Notes under the pieces: model-generated | Told to the model about the DNA's origin: nothing | Databases searched by the model: none | Seen by the model: the letters and a program-made list of their open reading frames with translations, nothing else | In this document: positions 1 through 12,831 of the stretch, piece by piece | Position numbering within the stretch: position 1 is the first letter of the stretch | Layout: every line of letters begins with the position of its first letter | Position numbers and translations under genes: made by a program | DNA from: Picochlorum sp. SENEW3 | Lineage: Eukaryota | Reading direction: 5' to 3' | DNA length: 64,000 nucleotides | NCBI GenBank assembly: GCA_034226945.1 | Contig: CP120455.1 | Coordinates: 372,001-436,000, forward strand

Positions 1-712
1 GTGCAACAACCAATCGTGACTTGACCTCCTCAATCCCTACAGCAACATCATATCCTCTACATCATACGAAACACAAAAAGAGAAGAAAAGACGCAAGAAT
101 CACGTACCTTTACGCATCATATTCAATGCATCTGCCTCGGTCAAATCTTTCCTCCAAAGCTTGTCAAACAGAGACAGAACAAAGTACGATCCATACCCAC
201 TTCCACAAATATTCTGCTCGTGCATGGTTGCCAGATAATCACACCAATACAGAGAAGGACCACAGTGCTCATCATACCCCCCAATCAATAAGTTTGTCTG
301 ATACGGGGACTTTCTGAGAGCTGTGGCCAACTCATTCCTTGTAAAATTAGCCACTGCCTTTGTGCTCAAATCCACACCGTTTCTAAACGCGTATAATCTA
401 ACATTTGCTGTGATGAACTCTGTAAAATTGACACGATCACCGGCCTCTCCACTGATGGCAAAGAGCTTGTGTGAATCAATTGGGACAAGTTTGTCCTCAT
501 CCTGCTTCATTGTGACAATGCTTTGAACAGCCGAGGTGTCACTGCATAGCATGACGAAATCCGGTCCTCGAATACCTACAGGCATATCACAGTCATGATG
601 AAAAAGAAGGCGTGAGGCAGAAGAAGAAGGAAAGAAAAAAGAACCTGCTGGGTTCTTTTTTGCCACTGGACCATCCGGTTGGTTTTCCAAACACACCTGC
701 CAAGAAATCCAT
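1..712 (-). CDS. PSMB2: 20S proteasome subunit beta type-2 (3' end outside window)
   Basis: Exon 1 712-697 (MDFLAG), GT-AG intron 696-576, exon 2 IRGPDFVMLCSD...GEAGDRVNF...PYQTNLL...GYGSYF, second intron ~107-38, then GIEEVKSRLVVA running off the window. Confidence 0.95.
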
Positions 713-903
713 ACTCTATTATTAATATTGTTTTATACTCGTGTTTATATCCTATCCTATCGCTTTCCTGGTCCAAGAAGAAAGCGATCGACAAATCAAA
801 CAATCAGTCAGTCAGTCGCGTTGGCACCGACGGTCGGAAAGAAGGACTACTATTTTGTTTGCTCAATGGTTTCGTTATTAGATTTATATATCGACGCATC
901 AGT

Positions 904-1138
904 GCTCGTGCTGTTGACTCGTATCGTCGGTTGCCTTCCCGATGTTTTTAATGTCTTGTTTAGGGACCATTGTCTCCTTAAAAAGGACAAAACGGAGCAT
1001 ATGCTCTCTTCTCCTCTGCATTGGTACAAGACACGTTGAAGGTCTTCTGTATCCGGTCATTCAATTGAAACAAATTAAGTTGACGACTATGTCGTTCTGA
1101 CAAGGAACCATACGAATGAAACACGGGCCTTGTTTTTT
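904..1138 (+). ncRNA. Candidate structured ncRNA of unknown family
   Basis: TATA-like TTTATATA 883-890. End-to-end pairing 904-910/1122-1128 and 919-924/1110-1115; internal helix 952-959/1026-1033; T6 run 1133-1138. No convincing ORF. Confidence 0.35.
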
Positions 1139-1246
1139 CTAGCCTCACATGGAAACGTTTGCCTTTCCTGTCGAGACGCTGTTATATTACGACGACAATT
1201 GCCACTACTTTCAGAATTAATAACAAACAGTAATACGTGAGGACTG

Positions 1247-2203
1247 ATGGCGGAAGCGTCTCCGAGTGGGGTTGTGACACCACGGACTCAACGACCAATG
1301 AATAGCAATACGGGACCCCACCTCATGCCTGACGGGCGACCATTTGGCGCCTTTGTGGTGGAGTCTCGTACTCCTGAGAAGCGCGCTCGAACAAAGCATC
1401 AACGTGCTAGGAAGAAGATACCGCAACATGGATGGACGGTGGCATCCAGTGCTGGGGCTTGGCTATCCTGTTTGGATGAGACTGAGGTGAATTCACTGAA
1501 TAAATTAGGGCAGAGGAAGCAGAGGCGCTACGTCAATGACTTTTTACTGAGAGAAATGACGGCCGAGTTGACAGCAGACGGTATTGATGCGTTGTTCAAG
1601 CCCGTTCCGTTTGGTAATGTACATGCCCCAAAGTCTGCTTTTTACCAGGTCTCTCAGGACGATGACGTTCATGTCCTGTGGCAGATGTTTCTTTCTGTGA
1701 ATGCTGACACGCAGGAGAGAATACTTAAGAAATGGGAAAAGCATGTGAGGGAGCTTCGAGAGGAGATGCATCATCATGGCACTGCTCAAGATGATGGCCA
1801 AGAACAACAACCATATCCAAGTCTGGAGGAGAGGAAGAAGGCCGTGGCGCAGGATTATGCACGCCGATGGCGGAAGAATGTATCATTGAGCGGCAAATCT
1901 GCGTTGAAAAAGACGCATCGACAGACTTTGTATGATATAGAATCATATATGTTGCCATGTCTCTCGGGAGAGGTATCTTTTGCGGATGTGCATGCTGAGG
2001 ATGGTTTTGGGCGTTTGTTGACACATTCCATTGCCACGTTGCATGGGTTGGAGTCGAGAACACTAGAGAGGACGGATGATGGACAGCGATTTGTCCGAGT
2101 GTCGGGTCTGCACGAGTCTCATGACGGCGACTGTCATCTGTATTGTAGCATAGGGGATTTTGTGTCAGCTATGCCAAACCAATGCCGTGTTCAGATTTTG
2201 TAA
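1247..2203 (+). CDS. R3H domain-containing protein 4-like (R3H-associated N-terminal domain + R3H)
   Basis: GQRKQRRYVNDFLL resembles the R3H-assoc motif; GFGRLLTHSIATLHGLESRT is an RxxxH domain. Confidence 0.75.
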   Translation: MAEASPSGVVTPRTQRPMNSNTGPHLMPDGRPFGAFVVESRTPEKRARTKHQRARKKIPQHGWTVASSAGAWLSCLDETEVNSLNKLGQRKQRRYVNDFLLREMTAELTADGIDALFKPVPFGNVHAPKSAFYQVSQDDDVHVLWQMFLSVNADTQERILKKWEKHVRELREEMHHHGTAQDDGQEQQPYPSLEERKKAVAQDYARRWRKNVSLSGKSALKKTHRQTLYDIESYMLPCLSGEVSFADVHAEDGFGRLLTHSIATLHGLESRTLERTDDGQRFVRVSGLHESHDGDCHLYCSIGDFVSAMPNQCRVQIL

Positions 2204-2468
2204 CCCTTGTTCTTGTTGCTGTACTATACTCAGTTTATTTGATTCATTTATATTCTTATGTAAATAGAGACGTGATTGTGGATCACTGGTGCCTATGTAC
2301 GAATACGTCTATCCCATCAGTCAGAAATAATGGCACACAGTTGATGAGGAGGGACAGGATAGAATATCCACCTGGGCTGATGTCCCCACATCCATTCGCT
2401 TGGAGTCCTATGTAAATTTAACCAATCTGTCTTGGCAATAGTAACAGTAAAATCCTTTTCTTTTCATC

Positions 2469-3799
2469 ATGGATGTAAATGTGTTTGGATTGAGTAGCCT
2501 ACGAGAAGAGAAGAAGAAGGAAACCAAAAAGAAGGATCCTGACAAAGTCAAAAAGTTACAGGACTACCTCAGTGCGCAATATGGATCAAACCAGGGCGAT
2601 GAAAAGAAGAGAAAAAAGAAGAAAAAGAGTAAGAAGAAGCTTGTGGCTGGTTCAGTCGCTATTGTGGATGAGGATATAGACTTTGTTGCGAGAGATGCCA
2701 AGAACGATGTCAATGCAGGCGCTATGGAGGACGACGGTGCGTGTATATCACTCAAATACGACTTTATATGTTTTATAATGTGTGATTGAATTCTGTAGAT
2801 GGGCCTGTTGTGGCCAATGCTGATGAGTTTGAACGGAGACAGTTGCAAGAGTTGAGGGAAAGGCAGTTGTTGTTGGATCAAGGGGACGGGCATCGCGGGG
2901 AGGGAGGTGGACGAAGAGAGAGCTCTGAAGATGACATGTCTCCTCCTGGGAGACGAGCATCAGGCAGGCATGATAGTGATGTGGAGGATTCTGATGATGG
3001 TGGTGATGTGTCTCCTCCCAGACGAAGAGCATCAGGGCGGCATGATAGTGACCTAGAAGAGTCTGATGACCAGAGCGATGTATCTCCCCCAAGAAGAGCT
3101 CATGGATCAATAAGCAGTGGCGATGTATCTCCTCCACGGAGGCAGCAGCAGCAAAGTGAGGATGCTGTCAGGATGTCAGATGGTACGCTGGCCGGCATGG
3201 TGTCTGGGAGAGAGTTGCGAAAGGAAATGGAAGAAAAGAGGGCTAGAGAGCAGAGAAGGTTGGAGAAATTAGGTGATGATGTTACTGGAAGGGTAGCGCG
3301 CACTGTCTATAGAACAGAGGATGGGCAGGCCATCTCCAAGGAAGAGTACGAGGAGGCTATGCGGCGGAAACAATCTCAGGAAAAGAAATATCTAGAAGGA
3401 TCTGAGATTCCGTGGGGTAGAGGATTACAGCAATCACATGGTGGTCGCGCTGAGGGATTGCACGAATCCACACGAGCAGCTGCATCCAGGTGGGATGACC
3501 CAATGGCTCACATTCTGGGTACCAAGCAACGCCCCCACCTTAAGAGGGATACCTCGTTATTGGATAGATTTGCAAAAGATTTGAAAAAGGCGGGCTTCAA
3601 CGTCCCATTAGATATACCAAAGCATAGTTGGTTGAACCGTAACATGGGTCCACCTGTGAATAGATTTGGGATCCGACCTGGAAGGCATTGGGATGGGGTT
3701 GACCGGAGCAATGGGTTTGAAAAAGACTTGTTCAGAAGGAAGGCTGAACTGAGACAGAGGGAGCAGATGGCTCATTACATGGCCCAGGAAGATATGTAG
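2469..3799 (+). CDS. BUD13: BUD13 / RES complex pre-mRNA splicing factor
   Basis: Intron 2737-2798 joins two ORFs. C-terminal PPVNRFGIRPGRHWDGVDRSNGFE, RWDDPM and DxSPPRR repeats. Confidence 0.95.
2933..3140 (+). repeat. Coding tandem repeats DxSPPRR(RASGRHDSD) in BUD13
   Basis: Four imperfect copies visible in both DNA and protein. Confidence 0.8.
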
Positions 3800-3805
3800 C
3801 ACACT

Positions 3806-3865
3806 CCACTATATATATAGTGGCCTACTAGGCTAGTGGCCAATATTATTGGCCTATTAATAGGC
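3806..3865. repeat. Chain of four short palindromes
   Basis: CCACTATATATATAGTGG 3806-3823; GCCTA-C-TAGGC 3823-3833; GGCCAATA-T-TATTGGCC 3838-3854; GCCTATTAATAGGC 3852-3865. Confidence 0.9.
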
Positions 3866-3995
3866 AGATGGACCCAGACACTTGTTTGTCAGTGTATTTC
3901 GTATTGCATCATTCAAAATATATGAATACGTGTAATATATTCAACAAAACAATGCGATAGGTATAGAAATCTCTTCCCCGAAGACGAAACAGACC

Positions 3996-6900
3996 ATGGG
4001 CAACAAGAAGAACAAAAAAACAAAGCGGAAGGAGAGTTGGGTGAATACCGATGTCGAAGACGAGAAGCTTGCACTTCAGGCTATTTTTGGGTCAGAATGT
4101 GAGGTGAATGAGGATGATCCGAATCGATGTTCGCTACAGATTGTCCCGCATGAGGCAATGTTGGAAGAAAATCACGTTTCAGTAACCCTGCATCTCGGGT
4201 GCGTTGCAGTATCCATAATATTTGCATGGATAGATATAATACAAGGGTATATCATTCGATTTAATGGGGTTGACGTGGTGTATCTGTTCGGTGTTGCAGG
4301 TTTCCAAAGGAATATCCCAAAGTTCCACTTCAGTTCAAGTTGGATGCACATGACGGAATCCCTGTGATGGAACTGAGGAGGATTTCCAAGTCTTTACACG
4401 AGGCTGTGGAGATGTATGCCCTGTCTGAGGAAGTGTGTTCGTTTCAGATTATTCAGATCTTGCAAGAGGAATTGCAAAAGGTGAATGAAGAGACGCCAGT
4501 TGATGAGCCAAAGTCATTGTGGGAGGAGATGCAAATGAGGCAGAAGGATGCCTCGTCTATGGGGCGGTCAGAGGGACTATCATTTCGATTTAGTGGGGGT
4601 GAGTTGTTCGATGAGTCTCCAGATGTGGTGGCAGATGGGAATGGTAGGACACCAAAGGCAGTTGCTCAGCACAGGAAACAAGAAAGCAAGGAACAAGGCA
4701 TACACGTAGAAGAGAGTGATACAGATATTGCTGGAGATGAAACAATAATACATGGGAATACTACTATAGGTGCCAATGAATCCTCTGAAGCATGTACAAC
4801 AACAACAACAACAACAACACTGGCTACGACAACAACAGAAGGAAGGAGTTTTGGTTCATTGGTGAACAGCTTTCGGCATATCAAAAATATCCCAGATATC
4901 GTGAGACAACTCCTCGATTTGACAAAATCGTCGCATTCAAAAGATTCGCATAGTATCAGAGGCGAAGTCTTTGGAGGCGAAGTGTCCTATACTGATTTAC
5001 AACGGGATATGTTGATTGGAAGATTGTTGTTTGAGATGAGAGATGAAATGTGGTATGGGGATGCCGTTCGAGAATATGTATCGTTAGATCTAATACCGTC
5101 ATGGCTTGGAGGTATATTGATAAAGAATCACAGCATGTTTAAGGTGGCTTTCACGCGGTCTTTTTCTCGCACCAGACAGAGGAATACCTCATTGGACTCC
5201 TTCTGGGGGTGGCTGGACTCATTCGATTCTCGGGTTTTGCAACAAAGACAATCATATGGCGATGTTCATGAGCAGCAATCTCCGCAGCAAGAGAGAGCTG
5301 GTACGACTCCTTTGCTTGGTCGGTATGCAACTGACTTCAATGAGGTGAGGGTGCTTGGGCGAGGTGGCTATGGCAAAGTGTATCTTGCTGTGCACAAGTT
5401 TGATGGGCGATATTATGCCGTCAAACGAGTCACTCTTAATACTCCAGGAGAAGAGTTTGAAAAGATCATGAGAGAAGTGCAGACTCTTTCGCGGATGCAA
5501 CACCAGCATGTTGTTCGCTACTATGCAGCATGGCTGGAGACATCTGTAGGAGGGGTTGATGATACATCCAGTGAAGATGAACTATTCAGTGACGAATCAA
5601 CGAATTCTCAGATTTATTCAGATAATAGTACAAACAGCGACGACAATGACGACGAGGATGGATCCTCAGCAGAGGAATCCAAGGAAGTTCAATGCCTGTA
5701 TATACAAATGGAGTATTGCCAATCGACACTTCGAAAGCTCATGGATGATCATCTGAAAGATGATAAAGAAAGGTGGAAAATAGTCAGGCAGTTGCTATCC
5801 GGATTGATTTACATGCATAAGAAAGGTGTTATTCATAGAGACTTGAAGCCAGCAAATATTTTTATTGATTCACTCGGGGATTGCAAACTGGGTGATTTTG
5901 GCCTTGCCAAGGACCTCACAGGTCAAGAGAAGAAAGTTTTTGAAACCGAAGCAGTTGAAAAGAGCAATAAATATGACGATACTCAGGGAACCACAGGAGT
6001 GTGTGGAACAGGCTTTTATATTGCTCCTGAGATTTCAGAGGCTGGGAGCCATCGCCAATATGATGAGAAAGTGGATATTTTTAGCCTTGGCATCATTGTG
6101 TTTGAACTTTGGAATACATTTGAGACAGAAATGGAGCGATTTGTCACACTGAGAGATTTACGAGAACGTGGAAAGCTCCCCAAACCATTCCAAGAAAATC
6201 ATCCTGATGTTGCGAGACTTGTGTCTTGGCTCCTGTCAAATGACCCTCAAAAGCGGCCGACAGCATATGAGGCACTCAAATCTTCTTACATTCCAGCTAC
6301 TATAGCAAATGATGATTTGACAGACTTGATTAGGTCTCTGCCGGATAATCCCTCTGCGCGGGATAAAATTGTCCTCGAACTTTTCAAATTGAGAAATCAA
6401 GATCAAACCAAGGAAAAGACTTCCTTTGATCTCGTTGAATACCCAGGTGCTCCTGATAGTGATTTGAATCTCAGGCTTGGTCGTCGAACAGAACTCATGA
6501 AGATTTTCAGCAAAGAATTTAGAAAAGCTGGAGCAATTGAAATGGGGTCCAAAGGGGTGGGAGTGTCAGTGGATGCATCAGCAAGTTCTGTTATTGCCAT
6601 GACCTCACATGGTGACTTTATTGCATTACGACAAGAATTGCGCTCAAAATTCGTTGAATGGGCATTGTCGCGCGTCATTGACGGTGAGAGAAGCCCAACA
6701 ATACAGGATGGGTTCAAGCGTTTTGAGATTTCAACAATTTATCGAGACAGCTTACATGGTTCCATGCCAAAGTCGTTCATGTTCGCAGACCTCGATGCAT
6801 TGATTCCATTGGCTTCTACTACAAGTATAAATATTCCTCTTGGAGAAGCTGAGCTCATTTCAGTTGTCTGCAACGCACTGAATGGCATTGACAGCTTGGA

Positions 6901-7921
6901 CACGTGGGAGTTGAGGATAAGTCATTCCCAACTTCTTCACGCGGTGATGACCAGGCTCAACCTACCAAAAGATATGCAGGAAATAGTATATCGACACCTT
7001 AGGGTGGTAGCCATGTCTGTATCCCCTTCAAACACGCAAGCAAGAAGCACAAAATGGACCATGGTTGGGCAGGAACTTACTGCACTGGGCTTGGCTAGAG
7101 ACATCGTGTCAAAGATCAAAGAAATATTTGTACAATGCTCAGGAGATTTCCAGTCTATTCTTCACAAACTAAACGTATTTATCCCTCAGAAAAAATCAAA
7201 AGGGACAGGGCAGACGGTCCACCAAACTCATGCTTGGTTTGAAGAATTAAAGTCCCTATACTCATTCCTGGATTCCTTCGGGGTTCCAAACACTCATGTT
7301 GTATTAGATCCTCTTCTTTCCCCTCAGGAAGATTATTTCTCAGGAATTCTGTTCGAGCTTCATCTTGTTGACGACATGGATGGTTCCAGTACTCTGGTGG
7401 CTGCAGGAGGGAGGTTTGATGCATTAATTCGGGCATCTTGGGCAAGCCAGAAAGTTGCCTTTGGGCAGCAGCATGTAGGAGAGCCCCCATGCGGTGGTGT
7501 CGGAATAACCATAAACATTGACAGATTGGCAGCAAGTGGCCCTCCAAAGCCAACTCCCCAGGTATCATCTGCTGATGTGCTTGTCTGCTCCAAAGGAAGC
7601 GGAGCAACCAACACTGTGGCCACGAAAATAACAGACAGAGCCCTCTCTAGAATTCATGAGAGAGTTAAAATTCTCAGAATGCTAAGGGAATCTGGCATAC
7701 GAGCCGATATGATGTCAGCAATAGCCCCAAGCATGACGGAGCAGTTTGCCTATGCATCAGAGAGGCACATTCCATACCTGGTCATTGTTGATGTCGATGA
7801 TCTACAGATGAGCAGCAACGTGAAGATCAAGCAAATTCATGGCAAGTTTGAGGAGGATGTTGCCCTCGATGAAGCATCGCAGATGCTGATTCGATTATTG
7901 AAGAATACAAAGACTGCATAA
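3996..7921 (+). CDS. GCN2: eIF2-alpha kinase GCN2 (RWD - kinase - HisRS-like - anticodon-binding)
   Basis: Intron 4199-4299 restores the RWD FPKEYP motif. Kinase motifs LGRGGYG, HRDLKPAN, DFG; LYIQMEYC after an acidic insert; HisRS-like AAGGRFD. Confidence 0.95.
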
Positions 7922-8031
7922 AAGAGTGCATAGAAGAGAGAGATGAAAAAAATGTTTAGAATCCAGTACAGATGAGCCTGCTTTGCGACATACCATGTAC
8001 ATTTAAATAAGTTGATCGGATTTAATGAGAA

Positions 8032-9951
8032 ATGAAGGTGTTTGGGTCGACCAAAAGTGGTATTCGGGTGCCATGCACCCACTCGAACAAACACTCTTCT
8101 CGCCAGACTCCCCATCGCCAGGTTTTTCACATTGATGGGCTTCCACAATCAAAAAGAAATACATATTATGGAAATCAGGATAGAGAGGAGCAACAAAACT
8201 GCGTTCGTGTCTTTGCTACAGCTGAGGACGACGGCCCACATGCAATTGCAGAAGGCGGAAGGCCACGATCGACAGTGATTGGCATTCTCGGTGGAGGACA
8301 GTTGGGTAAAATGCTTTCTCAAGAGGCTTCAAAGATGGGTCTTGCTGTCAAAGTGTTGGATCCAACGGCAGGCTGTCCTGCCTCTTCAGTTGCTGAGCAT
8401 GTCTCAGGTAGTTTTGCCAGTGGGGAGGATGTGAAACGGTTTGCAGCTGGGGTGGATATTTTGACCGTCGAGATTGAGCATGTAGATACAGATGCTCTTG
8501 AAGCAGTTGAGGCGTCTGGTGTCGAGGTTCAACCAGCACCTGGGACTGTCAAAGTGATTCAAGACAAATTTCTTCAAAAGGAACATTTTAGTGAGTATGG
8601 GGTCCCGCTGCCAGAGTTCATGAAAATCAACTGCGAGAAATGCGCAGCAACAGCTGGAGAAAAATATGGATATCCTTTTATGCTTAAATCAAGGAGACTT
8701 GCGTACGATGGAAGAGGTAATGCTGTCGTTGGATCTGAAGAGGACTTGGATAGTGCTGTGTCTTCCTTGGGTGGGTATGACAAGGGCTTGTATGCGGAGA
8801 AAATGGTTCCCTTTGTATGCGAACTTGCTGTTATGGTTGTCCGATCTCGCGATGGAAGTGTCGAGTCTTTCCCAGTCGTGCAAACAATCCACAAGGATAA
8901 TATATGCCTGACAACAGAGGCTCCTGCATGTGTTCCAAATGCAATTTTGGCAGTTGCTCAGGAGGCGGCAGAGAAAGCGATTGGATGTCTCAAAGGCGCA
9001 GGTGTTTTTGGTGTTGAATTATTCTTGTTGGAAGATGGAAGTGTGTTGTTGAATGAAGTAGCGCCGAGACCACATAATTCTGGCCATTACACAATTGAGG
9101 CATGTGGAATGTCCCAGTACGAGGCACATTTGCGCGCAATCCTTGGTTGGCCCATGGGAGATACTGATCTCAAGGTGGGATGCTCTATTATGCTTAATAT
9201 ACTAGGAAAAGGCCAGGGTGATGCAGGAATGCGCGCCGCACATACGCTCATGGGAAGAGCGTATGCAACCCCAGGAGCAAGTGTCCATTGGTATGGCAAA
9301 GAGGGCGTCGCACCACAACGCAAGATTGGCCATGTGACCATCATCGGTGATGATAGAGCAACGTGCAGAGAAAGATTACAACGTATTGATTCGGAGACGT
9401 ACCAACTTATGGAAAGCTCCACTCCAGATTCTTCAGTGTTCCCTACCCCAGAGGTGGGAATCATCATGGGATCCGACTCTGACCTTCCAACCATGAAAGC
9501 TGCTGCGGAAATTATGGATGAGTTTGGCGTACGATGTGAAATTACTGTTGTATCAGCACATAGAACTCCTGAACGAATGATGGAGTATGCAAAAACAGCA
9601 CACGAGCGTGGACTGAAGGCCATCATTGCTGGAGCAGGAGGGGCTGCCCACTTGCCAGGAATGGTGGCTGCAATGACCCCATTGCCAGTCATTGGTGTAC
9701 CAGTCATTCCAGCCAATGCAAAATTAGATGGCATAGATGCTCTGTTATCCATTGTACAGATGCCAAAAGGTGTTCCAGTCGCTACAGTTGCAATTGGAAA
9801 CGCTGCCAATGCAGGTCTTCTCGCCGTCCGAATTTTGGCATCATCAGACAAGAAATTGCTCGCGAAAATGATGCAGTATCAGCTTGGAATGAAAGAAATG
9901 GTGCTCGGAAAGGCAGAACGACTGGAAACAAAAGGGTGGAGAGATTATTAA
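8032..9951 (+). CDS. ADE2: Phosphoribosylaminoimidazole carboxylase (PurK-PurE fusion), plastid-targeted
   Basis: [26 protein letters not shown] (PurK); [25 protein letters not shown] (PurE); N-terminal transit-like extension. Confidence 0.97.
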   Translation: MKVFGSTKSGIRVPCTHSNKHSSRQTPHRQVFHIDGLPQSKRNTYYGNQDREEQQNCVRVFATAEDDGPHAIAEGGRPRSTVIGILGGGQLGKMLSQEASKMGLAVKVLDPTAGCPASSVAEHVSGSFASGEDVKRFAAGVDILTVEIEHVDTDALEAVEASGVEVQPAPGTVKVIQDKFLQKEHFSEYGVPLPEFMKINCEKCAATAGEKYGYPFMLKSRRLAYDGRGNAVVGSEEDLDSAVSSLGGYDKGLYAEKMVPFVCELAVMVVRSRDGSVESFPVVQTIHKDNICLTTEAPACVPNAILAVAQEAAEKAIGCLKGAGVFGVELFLLEDGSVLLNEVAPRPHNSGHYTIEACGMSQYEAHLRAILGWPMGDTDLKVGCSIMLNILGKGQGDAGMRAAHTLMGRAYATPGASVHWYGKEGVAPQRKIGHVTIIGDDRATCRERLQRIDSETYQLMESSTPDSSVFPTPEVGIIMGSDSDLPTMKAAAEIMDEFGVRCEITVVSAHRTPERMMEYAKTAHERGLKAIIAGAGGAAHLPGMVAAMTPLPVIGVPVIPANAKLDGIDALLSIVQMPKGVPVATVAIGNAANAGLLAVRILASSDKKLLAKMMQYQLGMKEMVLGKAERLETKGWRDY

Positions 9952-10008
9952 TAAAAATGCTACTGTAATTCCATGAAACAAAACGAAACAAAAGCATTTC
10001 TGAACCCA

Positions 10009-10590
10009 TTAGAAAGAAATCAGTGGTGGCAACTCCTCTTCTTTCTTCTCTGTTGTCTGTTGTCGAGCATCATCTTCTGGATGATCACCTGCCTCTGTCT
10101 CCGCAGCAACAGGAGGAGGGGCATCTGCTTCAGCTGCCTCCGGCGGAGCCTCGGGCGGAGCATCAGGCAAAGCCTCAGGCGTCACATTGGCCTCTGCCTG
10201 CTGGACATCACCTTCAAGAGCAGCATTGAGGCTATCAAAAGCCTCCAGTGCATTGCACATCAACACCTCATCCCCTCCATCATAATCGTTCAGCATGCCT
10301 CGAAGTTGAGCTCTGAGCTGCTCTGCCCTCCCTCTCATCTCCTGGACATCACTACCCTGCGTTCCCATCACCACCATCTCCCACAGAATCTCAGCAGCAT
10401 CCTTCGATAACACCGTGAGCTCTCCCAGCTCTTCATACTGACTAGGAACATGACTCACCGCTCGCTGCCTCGCCCTCGTCTCTTCTTCCTCATGCCCGTC
10501 CGCGTGGTCTCCAACGTGTTCCTGGTCTTGACCCTCGGTCGTATCATCTCCATCCACAGCTGACACTAGAGGCCTTTCTAATGTATCCAT
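10009..10590 (-). CDS. GAT-domain protein (TOM1-like fragment without VHS)
   Basis: Three-helix pattern AAEILWEMV...EQLRAQLRGML...DEVLMCNALEAFDSLNAAL; acidic tail ending PPLISF. Start uncertain. Confidence 0.6.
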   Translation of the reverse strand: MDTLERPLVSAVDGDDTTEGQDQEHVGDHADGHEEEETRARQRAVSHVPSQYEELGELTVLSKDAAEILWEMVVMGTQGSDVQEMRGRAEQLRAQLRGMLNDYDGGDEVLMCNALEAFDSLNAALEGDVQQAEANVTPEALPDAPPEAPPEAAEADAPPPVAAETEAGDHPEDDARQQTTEKKEEELPPLISF

Positions 10591-11370
10591 CTCATCATAA
10601 CCCTATAAAATAAGAATAAAAACCGATTTAATGCCCAACCATTCATCACAAAACGTATACAACCGCAGGGTTTCAATCGATCGGAGAAACCCCCGACAAA
10701 AAAGATCCCGACGACCCTTGGTAGCAACGTACGTCATTTTTATTTCCAAATAGTTGCGAAAACCGCGACTTGAAGTCCGCGAAACGACGCCCCAACACGT
10801 CCGTGTTCATCCTTTGTCGTACAGCCCTTCTCAACAGGTAAAACCCACGTTTTTACAATCCTATACGGTAATACAAATAATGGGTTTTTAATATTATGCA
10901 TTAAGCAGGCTTTAGTGCTGTTGAACAAAGACAATGGAAGATTCTTCGACTGGCCAGGCCATGGATCTTCAAGGGACCAGCAGGCGTGCTCGAGATCCAT
11001 GTGCCTCCGCTACATGATGATCAGACAAACACACATGATCATACTCATTGAGCCCATTAAATTGAATCTGAATACTTTATATTTTCTTCCGAGAGCATTA
11101 CATAGACCATCTATAGGTCATCATGGTGCAACCGACTGCATCCCTCTTGCCCAAGGCACGAAAGACGAGCGCTTTGATTGGTGCACCAGATGGCGGATAT
11201 GTTTATGCAAATCGCCCAAGATATCAGCATAGAAATCATCAATCCGGTATTTCCCTGCTCACAGGTATGTTCAGAGTCTGTCTGTCTGTCTGTTTCAATC
11301 TGCTTTCATGTACTCATCAACAGGGCAATCTATTCGTGAGAAATCACCATCGATCTACATCTATTCGAGC

Positions 11371-12831
11371 ATGACATCCACTGAATATACAAAAGGATTA
11401 CAATGTGGTATATTGCACCACGCAGGTAGACAAACATGTACAATTGTACCTCTGACGAGAAAACCCTACGCCCCCACACCAAGCAGCAGCAGCTCCTCTG
11501 CCCTAGCAGCATCCATTCGCTGCTCCGCTGCCTCCTCGATGCCTGGATCATTTGATATTCCTGCTGCACCCATCATGATTCCAGAAAGCCCATCATGGAA
11601 GGAAGTAGACAAGAGCATCTGTGCCCCAAAAGGATTTTCTGCACAGGGCATGTATGGAGGGCTGCGAGCGTCAGGAAACAAGGGCGATCTTGCTCTGGTT
11701 GTATGCGACGAAGAAGCTGTCGCTGGAGGCGTATTTACATTAAATGTCATGTGTGCTGCTCCAGTGACCTACTGTAAAGAGATTTTGGCAAAGCATGATA
11801 CAGTCAAGGCGGTTCTGATCAATGCTGGGCAAGCAAATGCAGCCACTGGCGCTGATGGATATGCAGATTCGTGTGCGAGTGCCGAGGCTGTCGCGAAAGC
11901 ACTCGGCGTGTCATCTGATAAAGTATTATTAGAATCAACAGGTGTTATTGGCAAGAGAATCGCCATGGGTGCTCTCTTGGAATCCGTGCCCACCTTGGCA
12001 GCAAATCTCGGAACCAGTGATGCTGACGCTCACAGGGCAGCTGTGTCAATCACCACGACTGACTTGGTGAGTAAAAGCGCTGCCCTCGAAGTCTCTCTGA
12101 CCAACGGAAGAACAGTATATGTTGGAGGTATTGCCAAAGGATCGGGGATGATTCATCCAAACATGGCCACCATGCTTGGGGTTTTGACATGCGATGCTCC
12201 AGTCGAGGTGACTCTGTGGAGAGCCATGCTGAAACGAGCATCCCAGAAATCATTCAATCAAATCACCGTGGATGGAGATACATCAACCAATGACTGCGTC
12301 ATTGGCTTGGCATCAGGCGCTGCAGGCGGCACTGTGATCAGCGACCCATCCAGTGAGGATGCCCGCATTCTGGAAGCAGCCATGACAGGGCTGCTCCAAG
12401 GCCTTGCAAAATCGATCGCATGGGACGGCGAGGGAGCCACCGTCCTGATACAATGCACTGTCAGCGGTGCCGATTCCGAAGAGGATGCAAACAAGGTTGC
12501 GAAAAGTGTTGTTGGAAGCTCCCTGGTGAAATCTGCCGTCTTTGGCCATGATCCAAATTGGGGTCGGTTTGCTGCTGCTGCAGGGTACTCTGGCGTGCAG
12601 TACAAACAGGAAGATGTCCGCATCACCCTCGGTGGCATCCCATTAATGGAAGGTGGTCAACCCCTCCAATACGATGCCAAAAAGGCAAGCGAGTATCTAA
12701 AATCCAAAGCAGATGTGCATGGAACCGTCGACGTGGAGATTAGCATCGGGTCAGGACCGGGTCAAGGAATCGCATGGGGATGCGATTTAAGTTACGACTA
12801 TGTCAAGATTAACGCTGAATACACGACATAA
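11371..12831 (+). CDS. argJ: Bifunctional ornithine acetyltransferase ArgJ, plastid-targeted
   Basis: [20 protein letters not shown] (autocleavage site), [32 protein letters not shown]. Start uncertain (11123 if spliced, 11308 or 11371). Confidence 0.97.
   Translation: MTSTEYTKGLQCGILHHAGRQTCTIVPLTRKPYAPTPSSSSSSALAASIRCSAASSMPGSFDIPAAPIMIPESPSWKEVDKSICAPKGFSAQGMYGGLRASGNKGDLALVVCDEEAVAGGVFTLNVMCAAPVTYCKEILAKHDTVKAVLINAGQANAATGADGYADSCASAEAVAKALGVSSDKVLLESTGVIGKRIAMGALLESVPTLAANLGTSDADAHRAAVSITTTDLVSKSAALEVSLTNGRTVYVGGIAKGSGMIHPNMATMLGVLTCDAPVEVTLWRAMLKRASQKSFNQITVDGDTSTNDCVIGLASGAAGGTVISDPSSEDARILEAAMTGLLQGLAKSIAWDGEGATVLIQCTVSGADSEEDANKVAKSVVGSSLVKSAVFGHDPNWGRFAAAAGYSGVQYKQEDVRITLGGIPLMEGGQPLQYDAKKASEYLKSKADVHGTVDVEISIGSGPGQGIAWGCDLSYDYVKINAEYTT

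Noticed and set aside
958..965. GTTTAGGG as a telomerase template in the 904-1138 element
   Set aside because: The template would be on the minus strand, while G-U pairs and TATA/T6 orientation favour plus; only 8 nt.
1047..1124. U17/snR30 (AACCAT...ACA)
   Set aside because: The m1 motif is absent and the m2-to-ACA spacing does not fit.
4795..4838. (ACA)n microsatellite and similar CTT/CAG/TCA runs elsewhere
   Set aside because: Ordinary low-complexity coding or UTR triplet repeats.
9087..9851. Long antisense ORFs (also 47421-48218, 58473-59114, 62231-62758)
   Set aside because: Shadow frames of strongly conserved or repetitive genes on the other strand.
3996..12831. GCN2-ADE2-ArgJ (plus AMT1, CAT, UGlyAH) as a nitrogen gene cluster
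   Set aside because: Different pathways interspersed with unrelated genes; plausible by chance in a dense genome.
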